A DNA stretch of 64,000 bases from Myxococcota bacterium (lineage in GTDB: Bacteria; Myxococcota_A; Polyangia; Nannocystales; Nannocystaceae): positions 64,001 through 128,000 of the forward strand of contig JBCCHT010000035.1 of the NCBI GenBank assembly GCA_039028615.1. The letters are read 5' to 3'. The stretch's first letter is position 1. The number at the start of each line of letters is the position of its first letter. The notes under the pieces are model-generated. The model was not told the DNA's origin, searched no databases, and saw only the letters and a list, made by a program, of their open reading frames with translations. Made by a program: the position numbers and the translations under genes. This document shows positions 55,239-64,000 of the stretch, one piece after another.

Positions 55239-58200
55239 CTAGCGCCCGCAGTCGGGCTCGTCGACGGGGCGGAAGACCATGACCCCGACCGGGAAGGCGC
55301 CGCCGCTGAACCGCAGCACGGCGACGACCTCGGACGCGTTGTTGATCGTGGCGCGCGGACCCTGCTCGAGGGTCCCCATGCTGTTGCCGAAGTCGTCGAT
55401 CGACTGAGGTGTCTGCGACAAGCCCGGCAAGACGTCCAGCGGCCGCCCGGTTCGCGCCATCTCCCACGCGCGCGCGGGCATGCCGTCGTCTTCGGGCGGC
55501 GTGTCGACGAAGATCAGCGATTGCGCTCCGCCGTCGCCGTGAACGAGCGCCGCAAACTGACCGGAGCCGCTCACCGCCACCGATGCGAGGCGCTGGATGG
55601 CGCCCGTGGGTGGCTCGGCGCTCTGCCAATCCAGCGCATCGAAGGCCATGCCCTCCCACAGCACGGGACGCGGCAATCCATCGGCGGCGCCCTCGATGAG
55701 CAGCGCTTCCCCGTCACCCACGATGGACGGCCCGGAGAGCCGACCGCGGAGGTAGACCTCCCCCTGGGCATCGATGGTCATGTTGCGTTGGTTGTCGTCG
55801 GTGAGCCCGACGAACGTGGTGTCCGGGAGCCCTTCGACCCCGCCGCCCGTGGTCGCGATGCGTCGTAGATCGCCCACCGTGCCCGTGAACACGGCACTCC
55901 CCGTCTCGGAGAAGCCGTTGCCGAGCCGACCGAGGAAAGCGAGGGGCGTCTCGCCCACCGGGCTCGGCCATTCCGACGGATAGCCGATGGCAACCGGTTC
56001 GAAGGCGGAGACGGGCGAGAAGAACACGTCACCGTCGCCCGCATCCTCGCCCTCGCGAACGACGAGCTGTCGCGGAAAGTCGGTGGTGCCGATGTACAGC
56101 ATCGCGTTGGTGGACGCTTCGATCCCCGGGCCGCCATCGATCGAGGGAAACACGATCTGCCCCGCGGAGTTCGACTCGCCCCGTCCCACGTAGCCGTGAA
56201 TCTGCACCCCGGGCGGGTTGGTGACGCAGTTGACGGTATTGCCATCGGCGGGACACCCCTCGATGGCGTACGGCACCCGGATCGGAGCCCGCACGGCGGG
56301 GTCGTGGCGGAAGGCCCACAGCCCCCGTTCGTCGAGCGAAGGATTCTCGGGCCAGGCCGCGGTCAGCTGGGCCAACGCCCCATGCCCGGTGGTGGCCAGC
56401 GGCCCCCCGCTGGAGCTGCCCCAGTCGCCGCCAAAGCCCGTAAACGCCAAGTCAGCCACGATGGGACCGCTGAGGCGGGTGATGCCGCTGAAGTCCCCGC
56501 GCGTCGCTGCGACCTCCATGACCAGCTCGCCCGAGACCTCGGGGCTCTCGAGCAACAAGGAGCTGCTGGGCTCCCCGCGGTCGAGATGCGACACGGTGTA
56601 CCCCACCCGGCCGCACTCGGTGAGCGCATAGCTCCCGAGGGCCGCGCTGCCGTCGTCGACGATCGACTCGACTCCGGGCACGGCGGCGCCCTCCCGCACG
56701 AATCGATGGTGAACCCCATCGCGCTCGACGAACCCGGCATCGTCGCTGGCAGTGTCGTTGCCCGCAACGCCGCGGTACGACACTTGGCCGAAGCGGTCGA
56801 TGCCCGGCTGAAAAAGATCGGAGATCGTCTCGCCATCGAAGCCCGGCGCTTCATCGCCGCTCGCCGCCACCAGTCGATACTCGACCTTGGCCTCCGGGTG
56901 CCACTCGAAGCGCTCCTCGACGACCGAGGTCGACAGGCACAGGCCGCAGGTGAACGACTCCGCGGGGCACCGGTCGCACGCATCGCCGTAGCCGTCGCCA
57001 TCGAAGTCGAGCTGCAGGGCATTGTAGTGCGAGGGGCAGTTGTCGATGATGTCCATCAGGCCATCGCCATCCTGGTCTCCGGCGATCGGGGCTCCGCCGC
57101 ACGCATTGGGCCCGCCCGGCGGAGCCGGCTCGCATGCGCAGGTACTCGGGTTGCACGCGTCTGCGCCGTCGCATCGGCCTCCTTCGTCGCACTCGGCCCC
57201 CGCCGCCACGTCGCAGGTGCACTGGCAGGTGTCGGCGTCGCAGCTCGTCGGCCCCTCGCAGGTCGTGGTGGCATCGCAGGTCGCCCCATCGGCCCCGGCC
57301 ACACAGACGTGGTCTTCGTCGTCGGAGCACTGGGGGCGGTTCAACGCGACGGTGCCCGGTTTGACCTTCTCCGGTGCCCCGTGGACGATCTGCGGGCGGG
57401 TGTCTCCGCGCAGGGCCATGACGTCCAGCGCCTGCGCCTCGGCAAACGCTTCATCGACCAGCGCCTCCCAAAACCCGGTCCCGTTTTCGGCGGCCTCCTC
57501 CGCGATGCGCTGCCGCTGCCCGGCCACGGTGATGAGTTCCTGCATCGCCGTGCACAACGAGCTGGTGAACTCCGAGCCCTCGTCGTTGGGGTTGGGGTCG
57601 TCCGCCGGATCGAGGTCGCCGTAGGCGGTGGTCGTATCGTCGGTGGCACTCACGGCCACGTCGGCCACGCATGTCAGCGAGTCCAACATCCCGCCCGAGT
57701 GACTCCCGTTGAACACGAGGATGATCTCCACATCGGGGTCGAACGCGGACAGCCAGTCCGCCAGGGTACGCTCTTCGACCCAACCGATCGCGGTGCTGCC
57801 GAGCCCGGTGGGGGCCCCATGCCCGCCCACGTACACAAAGATCGTCTCGCCCGGCATGGTCACCGAGGCCTGCAGCTCGAACCAGGTCGCGATGGAGAGG
57901 TAGTCGTTGGTGCCGTCGATCCCCGGATCGCCGAGGACTCCAAAGTACGTCGCCTGGAAGCCGCCGACCTCCAGCGCGGACTTCATGGCCTGCGCATCGT
58001 CCCGGCCCGTCGCGCGCATCGGCTCTCCCGTACGCCACCCGTCGATGACCAAGGCCCGGCCCCGCGTGCCGCCGCAGGTCACGTCCTCGGCAACGGGATC
58101 GGCCGACGACACGAGCGTGGCACTGCGCGGAGTCAGCTCGCCCGAGTGGTAGACCCAGTGCTCCTCGTTCCAGTACTGCTCTTCCGTCGCCCAGGGGTGC

Positions 58201-58583
58201 TCGCCGTCCACCTGCGGCCAGGCCACCTCGTCGTGCACGGTCAGTGCTCCGGTCGCGCGCTCGACCAACGCGACGCGGTTGGGGTGAGCGAAGAGCCCAC
58301 CGGGGCGATCGTCGAGCCAGAACATCCAAGCATCACCGCCGACCGGCTCGGGCTCGCTCGGCTCACCCGCGGCCAGGTCGTAGCTGCCGAGTTCGTTGGC
58401 CGAGGTGAGACGCTCGGGGTACGCGAACACGATCACGTCCGCCGCATCGTCGACCAGCGTGTCGATCACCCGCTGCGCCGCACGCTCTCGGTCGAAGGGC
58501 GCAGCGTCGTCGCCGCAGGCCGCCACCGACAGCGACAGTGAAAGAGCGACAAAAAGCGGGCGCGAGGACGGGCAACGATGCAT
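55239..58583 (-). CDS. Large lipoprotein: caspase/legumain-fold domain (Cys replaced by Ser), Cys-rich repeats, thrombospondin type-3 repeat, repetitive beta-rich C-terminus
   Basis: Lipobox VAAC; YVGGHG and [23 protein letters not shown]...[20 protein letters not shown] repeats. ATG at 58583 preferred. Confidence 0.75.
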   Translation of the reverse strand: MHRCPSSRPLFVALSLSLSVAACGDDAAPFDRERAAQRVIDTLVDDAADVIVFAYPERLTSANELGSYDLAAGEPSEPEPVGGDAWMFWLDDRPGGLFAHPNRVALVERATGALTVHDEVAWPQVDGEHPWATEEQYWNEEHWVYHSGELTPRSATLVSSADPVAEDVTCGGTRGRALVIDGWRTGEPMRATGRDDAQAMKSALEVGGFQATYFGVLGDPGIDGTNDYLSIATWFELQASVTMPGETIFVYVGGHGAPTGLGSTAIGWVEERTLADWLSAFDPDVEIILVFNGSHSGGMLDSLTCVADVAVSATDDTTTAYGDLDPADDPNPNDEGSEFTSSLCTAMQELITVAGQRQRIAEEAAENGTGFWEALVDEAFAEAQALDVMALRGDTRPQIVHGAPEKVKPGTVALNRPQCSDDEDHVCVAGADGATCDATTTCEGPTSCDADTCQCTCDVAAGAECDEGGRCDGADACNPSTCACEPAPPGGPNACGGAPIAGDQDGDGLMDIIDNCPSHYNALQLDFDGDGYGDACDRCPAESFTCGLCLSTSVVEERFEWHPEAKVEYRLVAASGDEAPGFDGETISDLFQPGIDRFGQVSYRGVAGNDTASDDAGFVERDGVHHRFVREGAAVPGVESIVDDGSAALGSYALTECGRVGYTVSHLDRGEPSSSLLLESPEVSGELVMEVAATRGDFSGITRLSGPIVADLAFTGFGGDWGSSSGGPLATTGHGALAQLTAAWPENPSLDERGLWAFRHDPAVRAPIRVPYAIEGCPADGNTVNCVTNPPGVQIHGYVGRGESNSAGQIVFPSIDGGPGIEASTNAMLYIGTTDFPRQLVVREGEDAGDGDVFFSPVSAFEPVAIGYPSEWPSPVGETPLAFLGRLGNGFSETGSAVFTGTVGDLRRIATTGGGVEGLPDTTFVGLTDDNQRNMTIDAQGEVYLRGRLSGPSIVGDGEALLIEGAADGLPRPVLWEGMAFDALDWQSAEPPTGAIQRLASVAVSGSGQFAALVHGDGGAQSLIFVDTPPEDDGMPARAWEMARTGRPLDVLPGLSQTPQSIDDFGNSMGTLEQGPRATINNASEVVAVLRFSGGAFPVGVMVFRPVDEPDCGR

Positions 58584-58865
58584 GGTGGTCGGCTCCGAGC
58601 GGGGGCATGGCCCCGGTTGCGGGCTTAGGTGCTCGGCCCACCGAACCGATTGCGAACTTCCGACAGGGCGCGTTCCGAGGCCTCCAATCGCCGATCTACG
58701 CGTCTGTGGGTCTCGCGTCGGCCCGGCGCGCCGCGGCCTCGGTACCGCCACGCGGGCTCTCGGTTCCCGGGCGCGTCGACCTTTTCCTCACCAGGCTGAG
58801 GTCCCGAGAAAACTGCCCTCGCATGTAGCCTTTTCGGTTTCGGGTGCCACTAGCAAAGGGCAACC

Positions 58866-60608
58866 ATGTCCGACTCTGCCGTCGCCGCCCCCAAGACTCT
58901 GCGGCCCGCGTCTGCCAAAGTCGCGGCCGCACTCCCCGACCTGCTCAACGACCAGCCCAGCGTCGCGCTCGATCACGCGGGTGTACGGCGAGCGCTGTGC
59001 ATCGCGTTCTCCACGGGCGACGCGGAACAGAGCCTCGAGCGCGTCATGGACCACGCGCTGCTGTGCGAGTCCACGTGGGGGGGTTCTTCGTTCCGCGAGG
59101 GCCTGTACATGGACGTCCTGCTGTCGCGCTGCATGGCCATTCGCATCGATGGCCTGCGCCCCCGCACCAATCAGGCCTACCTGCTGCGACTGCTCGCCAA
59201 CCCGCCCAAGGACCCGCGCACGGTCGATTTCCGCCGGGCCATCTTCGACGAGCTCATCTCCGACGCCGAGCTCCGCGAGTCCTTCGAGAACATCTACGTG
59301 CGCGTGCACGAGATCCGCACGGAGCTCCAGGCGCTGGACAACATCGGCTACTACGACTCGCGGGTGCGGCGGCTGCATGTGCTCTCGATGTTCCGCGAGC
59401 TGTTCGCCGACCTCCAGACACCCTTCGCCGAGGCGCACAGCGGGCTACGCCGCATCAGCGCCTACGCCCGCCACGTCTGCGAGTCGTCCGGGTTCCGCCA
59501 CCTGTGCGACCTGCTGCAGTACGAGGGCCACCTGTCCACGGTCCAGTTCAAGATGCGCCTGGGCTCCGACGGCACCCTGCGTCGCTTCGAGGTCGTCGAC
59601 GTGGCCGAAAATCGCACCAACCGCTTCTATCAACGCCCCATCCGGCGGCTATGGTCGAAGATGGGCATGTGGTGGCGCGGCTACCAAACGGGCGCATCCG
59701 GCCTGCTCGACGCCTGGCTCGACGAGGTCTTCAACGGCATCGTCGCCCACCTCCCCTCGCTGCTGCGGCTATTCGGCGACCAAGAGTTCTACCTCGCCGG
59801 TCTGTCGTTCTACGACGAGTGCCGACGCCGGGGCCTGCCCACCTGCTTTCCCACCCTCATGCCGGCCGGCACCGGGCCGAGCCAGCTGCACGTCGAGGGC
59901 CTGTTCAATCCCCTGCTCTTCGGCAACGACGCGTCTCCCGTGCCGTGTCGCCTCGAGGGCGAGAGCATCGCGGGCAAGACCATCCTCACCGGGCCCAACT
60001 CGGGCGGCAAGACCCGGGTGCTCCAAGCCATCGGCATCGCGCAGGTCCTCGCGGAGTCCGGCCTGCACGCCCCCGTAGCCTCCGCCACCATCGCGCGTGC
60101 GCACGGGCTATTCGTCTCCCTCATCGAAGAGGGCCAGGTCGATCAGTCCGAGGGTCGTCTCGGCATGGAGCTCCTGCGCATTCGTCAGCTCTTCGAACAC
60201 GCTCAGGTGGGCTCCCTCGTGTTGCTCGACGAGCTATGCTCCGGCACCAACCCCAGCGAGGGCGAGGAAATCTTCCTGCTGGTGCTGTCCCTGCTCGAAG
60301 AGCTCGGCGCCCGGGCGGTCATCGCCACTCACTTCCTCGACTTTGCGCGCGGCCTCGAGAGCGAGACGGGCACCGAGCGGCTCCCCGTTCATCTCGCGTT
60401 CATGCAGGTCGACGTCGGCGAGAACGAGCGCCCCACCTATCAGTTCCGCCGGGGCGTCGCGGAGACTTCCATGGCCCACCAGACGGCGCAGCGCCTCGGG
60501 GTCACCGACACCGTCCTGCGAGCGCTGGTGCACAAACGGCTCGCATCACGCTCCGTGCCCGCGACCTACCACGCCCCCGCGAACCTGGACCACGCGGCCG
60601 CGCAGTGA
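58866..60608 (+). CDS. Short MutS-family ATPase (domain V; no mismatch-binding or Smr domain)
   Basis: Walker A TGPNSGGKT, Walker B LVLLDELCSGT, IATHF, and C-terminal PTYQFRRG. Confidence 0.88.
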   Translation: MSDSAVAAPKTLRPASAKVAAALPDLLNDQPSVALDHAGVRRALCIAFSTGDAEQSLERVMDHALLCESTWGGSSFREGLYMDVLLSRCMAIRIDGLRPRTNQAYLLRLLANPPKDPRTVDFRRAIFDELISDAELRESFENIYVRVHEIRTELQALDNIGYYDSRVRRLHVLSMFRELFADLQTPFAEAHSGLRRISAYARHVCESSGFRHLCDLLQYEGHLSTVQFKMRLGSDGTLRRFEVVDVAENRTNRFYQRPIRRLWSKMGMWWRGYQTGASGLLDAWLDEVFNGIVAHLPSLLRLFGDQEFYLAGLSFYDECRRRGLPTCFPTLMPAGTGPSQLHVEGLFNPLLFGNDASPVPCRLEGESIAGKTILTGPNSGGKTRVLQAIGIAQVLAESGLHAPVASATIARAHGLFVSLIEEGQVDQSEGRLGMELLRIRQLFEHAQVGSLVLLDELCSGTNPSEGEEIFLLVLSLLEELGARAVIATHFLDFARGLESETGTERLPVHLAFMQVDVGENERPTYQFRRGVAETSMAHQTAQRLGVTDTVLRALVHKRLASRSVPATYHAPANLDHAAAQ

Positions 60609-60732
60609 CGGGCCAGCGACCCATGGTTTCAAACGGCGACCGCTCCGGGGACGGAGCGGCGCCAGCGAGGCCACCGGGGCGAGGCCCTCGACGACGTAAA
60701 ACCGCATCGAGGGTCTCTGCCCCGGTCGCAGT

Positions 60733-61521
60733 TCACGAAGGGACCGGGCCGCCCCCAATGGGCGCACACAGGGTCGGTTTGCCAGTACACACGCCGCCGC
60801 CGAGACAGCGGTCCATCGCCGTGCATGGGTCACCGTCGTCGCACGGAGTTCCTCGCGGGGCGTAACCCGTGGTCGCGCAGCCGCCCCCGAAGCACTCACC
60901 GATGGTGCACTGGAAGCCGGTGTCACAGGTCGCTCCGATGAACACGGGCGCGTAGCTGCACGACGCCGAGCCGCCGAAGGGGTCGACCACGCACACGCCC
61001 GGGCCCTGCTGGCACACGGGCGGATCGTCGCAGCCCCCGGGGCAGGCGACCGTGCCTTCGCAGGCACCCAGCGCGTTGCACTCGTCGTCGACGGTCGCCG
61101 AGTCGCCGTCGTCGCAGGCCTGACCGGTGAAGCTCCACAGGCTCGTGCAGTAGCCTTCGATGCACTCCGAGAAGGTGCACTCGTTGCCGTCGTCGCACCC
61201 CGAGCCGTTGAACACGGGCGGGTACCAGCACGTGGGGCCCGAGAAGGGATCGTTTTGGCACACACCCGGGCCGGTCCGACACGGCGGCGGGTTGTTACAG
61301 CCTCCCGGGCACCCGAGGCTAGGCGGAAGGTTCGGAGGCTCGGCATCGGAGGCCAAGGCGGACGCTCCCGGCGGGAGTTCCAGCGGGTCACCGTCGTCCG
61401 CCGACTCGTCGCTCGCCGCTTCGAGTTCGTCGTCTGCACGATCGTCGGAGGGCTCGACGACACAGCTGATGCCGACCCCGACGAGCGTGGCCAGCAAGGA
61501 CATCGTGAAGGTTGTTCGCAT
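60733..61521 (-). CDS. Cys-rich repeat lipoprotein
   Basis: Lipobox GISC; repeated CDDGNECT / CDDGDSAT / CDDGDPCT and CPGGC..PP.C units. Confidence 0.8.
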   Translation of the reverse strand: MRTTFTMSLLATLVGVGISCVVEPSDDRADDELEAASDESADDGDPLELPPGASALASDAEPPNLPPSLGCPGGCNNPPPCRTGPGVCQNDPFSGPTCWYPPVFNGSGCDDGNECTFSECIEGYCTSLWSFTGQACDDGDSATVDDECNALGACEGTVACPGGCDDPPVCQQGPGVCVVDPFGGSASCSYAPVFIGATCDTGFQCTIGECFGGGCATTGYAPRGTPCDDGDPCTAMDRCLGGGVCTGKPTLCAPIGGGPVPS

Positions 61522-61658
61522 GACTCGGGTCGTGCCCGGGGAAACGTCCGGGCACGCCTTTCGTAAGCGGAACACTTACAAGCACTCAAAACACTGTCAA
61601 CAGCGTTCAGAGCGGGATTCAGCGCGATATCGACCCCTGGCACGACTCGACGCCCAGG

Positions 61659-63539
61659 CTAGACCCGGGCGTCGAACGCTGCCGGCTTCGCTAGCGAGCG
61701 GGGCTTTCGTCGGCGCCGCAGACCCAGCAGGCCGAGCAACGCCAGACCCCAGACCGCCCCCGGGCGCGGGGTCGCGGAGCAGCCACAGCCACCCCCGTCA
61801 TCGGCCCCGTCGAGACCGGCCGACGCCGAGCCTCCGCTGCCCCCGGTGGCCTGGCCATCCGTGTCGGAGTCACCCGCGGCATCGCCACCGCCACCGCCAC
61901 CGGTTCCCGTATCGTCGGCGCCACCGGTCGCTCCTTCGCCGGAGCACACCACCACGCTGGGATAATCGTACTGGCAGTTGTGCTCGAAGAGCATGGTGTC
62001 GATGAGCTCGGTGTTGTCGACCAGCGAGATCGGTCCCCCGCGCTCGGCGATCTCCTGCACCTCCTCCTCCCAGGGCAGCTCATCGGGGAAGGTCGGCCAG
62101 GTGCCGGAGCTGGGTGCGTAGACTTCTCGCCCGTCGGGCAAGGTCCACACCGCCCCGCCTTCGCACAGCACGTTGCGACTCGCCAGTTGGTTGGTGAGGT
62201 CGACGTCGGGCAGGTCCGCGTTCTGATAGAAGAACGGGTCCTCGGTCATCTCGCCGGGCGAGATGGTCGTGTACATGCGCGTGAGCGTGGGATAGCCGTC
62301 GAGCAGGTCGACCGCGTGCTGCCCGGGGTCGATGATGCGCTCCTGGAGCGCGTCGCCGAAGGCCGTGCCGTCCCACGCCACCATGTCGATCATCCCGGCG
62401 TAGCAGGACAAGCAGCCGTAGAAGTCGCCCTCGTCGATGCCCGCGGGCACGGGCAGGTACTGGGCGAGCAGGCCACGGATGAGCGTGTGGTCGTAGTCGC
62501 AGATGGTGCCGCCTCGACCATCCTCGAAGCACGTCACCAGTCCCTGAAACTCGAGCAGATCGATGATGGTGGTGGGGTCGGCCGCAGCAAAGGGCGCGGA
62601 GTCCCACTCGTTGCTGAACAGCCCGTTCTGAGCGACCACGTCGCTGGGGCCGGCGTACTCGGTGACAAAGGCCCGACCGTTGGCCTCGTCGGCATCCACC
62701 GCCAGCGTGATGACCTCTTTATAGTTGTTGGCGAGGTTGTTCCAGTCGAGCCGCAGCGGGTTGACGAGCACGTGCTGGTAGTTCTGCGGCACGACCCGGT
62801 TGTCGGCGAGGAAGAACGTCCGCACGTCCATGTCCTCTTGCGCCGCGATGCGGGTGAGCCGGAGGGGAATGCAGGCCTCGTCGTTGTCGAAGATGAGCGA
62901 GATGGGGTGAATCTCGGCCACTTCCGCGCCATTGGTCAGGCGGAACGCGGCAAAGAGGTACCCCTCGGCCAGGTATTCCTCGAGGATGGGCTGCGCTTCG
63001 GGGTCTTGCTCGTAGGAGTTGGCCGCGAGCCAGTCCATCACCTCTTGTGCGGTGCCGCCCTGCAGCACCACCACGTCGAAGGCCCCGACCGTATCCTCGA
63101 AGACCACCTTTGGGCCGCCACCGCCCCCATCCGGGGGCCCGCCGGCATCGAGGACGATCGGACCACCGCCTTCTCCGGCCCCATCGTCGTCGCCGCAGCC
63201 CTCGAAGGTCGACGTGAACCCGTAGGAGGGCACGGTGCCGTTGAGCACATTGATGAACAGCTGATCGGAGCTGACCTCGAAGGCGGGGATCTGGGTGACG
63301 GGCACCACCCATGCGAACTCGCTGGCCTCGGTATCGGGGTCGTACTGGATCTGGATATGCGCCTCGATGGTGGTCTCCCCCATCGCGAACAGAATGTTCT
63401 CTCCCGTCTGATCGACCGGCATCGCCTGCGGACCCGCGTCGCAGAAGGTCCCTCCGCAGGCCTCGGCCTCGCTCGGAAGGGCCATGGCCACCGCGAACAT
63501 GCCCACGCCCAGCACTCCACTCCAAACCGTGTATTTCAT
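61659..63539 (-). CDS. DUF2330 domain protein with MYXO-CTERM sorting signal
   Basis: AEACGGTFC, FAWVVPV, IPLRLT, LTRMYTT; C-terminal GCGCS..WGLALLGLLGLRRRR. Confidence 0.88.
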   Translation of the reverse strand: MKYTVWSGVLGVGMFAVAMALPSEAEACGGTFCDAGPQAMPVDQTGENILFAMGETTIEAHIQIQYDPDTEASEFAWVVPVTQIPAFEVSSDQLFINVLNGTVPSYGFTSTFEGCGDDDGAGEGGGPIVLDAGGPPDGGGGGPKVVFEDTVGAFDVVVLQGGTAQEVMDWLAANSYEQDPEAQPILEEYLAEGYLFAAFRLTNGAEVAEIHPISLIFDNDEACIPLRLTRIAAQEDMDVRTFFLADNRVVPQNYQHVLVNPLRLDWNNLANNYKEVITLAVDADEANGRAFVTEYAGPSDVVAQNGLFSNEWDSAPFAAADPTTIIDLLEFQGLVTCFEDGRGGTICDYDHTLIRGLLAQYLPVPAGIDEGDFYGCLSCYAGMIDMVAWDGTAFGDALQERIIDPGQHAVDLLDGYPTLTRMYTTISPGEMTEDPFFYQNADLPDVDLTNQLASRNVLCEGGAVWTLPDGREVYAPSSGTWPTFPDELPWEEEVQEIAERGGPISLVDNTELIDTMLFEHNCQYDYPSVVVCSGEGATGGADDTGTGGGGGGDAAGDSDTDGQATGGSGGSASAGLDGADDGGGCGCSATPRPGAVWGLALLGLLGLRRRRKPRSLAKPAAFDARV

Positions 63540-63800
63540 GACTCGATCCAATCTCAGTTGCAGTTCATTCCAACCGACGGACCCAAGTTATCACGACAGG
63601 TGAAGGAAACCGTGTCCGCTACCATGAACCAATATGCGTCACCGGACTCCCCCGAGTTCGCGTGTGTGTCGTGGTGCCGTCACCCCAATGACGGGGCAAC
63701 GGCCCCCATGCACGGGACGCTCCGAGGCACGACGCTGCGCGTAAGGAGTCGTGCTCCGTTGGAGCACCTGCCGTCCGTGATGCGACAACGGGACACTCGG

Positions 63801-64000
63801 TCACGAGCGAGATCGATGGCGGTTGCTAGGCTGCATGGGCATGGCCTCATCCTCGGCCCGTCGACCGCTCCTTCCGATGCTGCTCGGCATCTCGGGGTGC
63901 ATCGCGATCCCCGAGGTCCCCGACGCGAGCGGTAGCACCGGGCCCGTGACACTCGGCTCGACCGCGGCGAACTCGACCGTCGCGCACTCCACGGGGCTAG
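63801..64000 (-). CDS. Possible 3' end of a gene entering from beyond the window
   Basis: Frame is open from the window edge to a stop at 63801. No motif recognised. Confidence 0.25.
   Translation of the reverse strand, partial: SPVECATVEFAAVEPSVTGPVLPLASGTSGIAMHPEMPSSIGRSGRRAEDEAMPMQPSNRHRSRS

Overview
GC-rich bacterial DNA with a myxobacterial signature: a MYXO-CTERM protein, TPR and WD40 Ser/Thr kinases, an ECF sigma factor next to a kinase, and many Cys-rich lipoproteins. A Nannocystaceae-like origin is my inference. Bases 1-14.9 kb hold a putative isoprenoid biosynthesis/tailoring cluster, truncated on the left. It encodes four atypical cytochromes P450, two SAM methyltransferases, a sulfotransferase, a split DUF1214/DUF1254 pair, an APH/EcKinase-type phosphotransferase, a flavin monooxygenase, and a fusion of a CrtC/AttH lipocalin-like domain to a polyprenyl diphosphate synthase. 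All four P450s lack the I-helix acid-alcohol (E/D-T) pair. This cluster is the best candidate for an undescribed system. The rest of the window is accessory, surface and signalling genes: a lectin-propeller/LGFP protein, a SIR2-TPR protein (candidate defence NADase), a scramblase, three kinases, an SdpA/SdpB(HTTM)-like pair, metalloproteases, and a GST/WYL regulator pair with an inverted-repeat operator. It also has a (Gly-Asp-Ala)n collagen-like protein, a caspase-fold lipoprotein whose catalytic Cys is replaced by Ser, a short MutS-family ATPase and a DUF2330 protein. No rRNA, tRNA, CRISPR array, transposase or integrase was recognised. All calls come from reading motifs by eye; no database search was run. 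Several start codons were moved downstream of the ORF-track starts.
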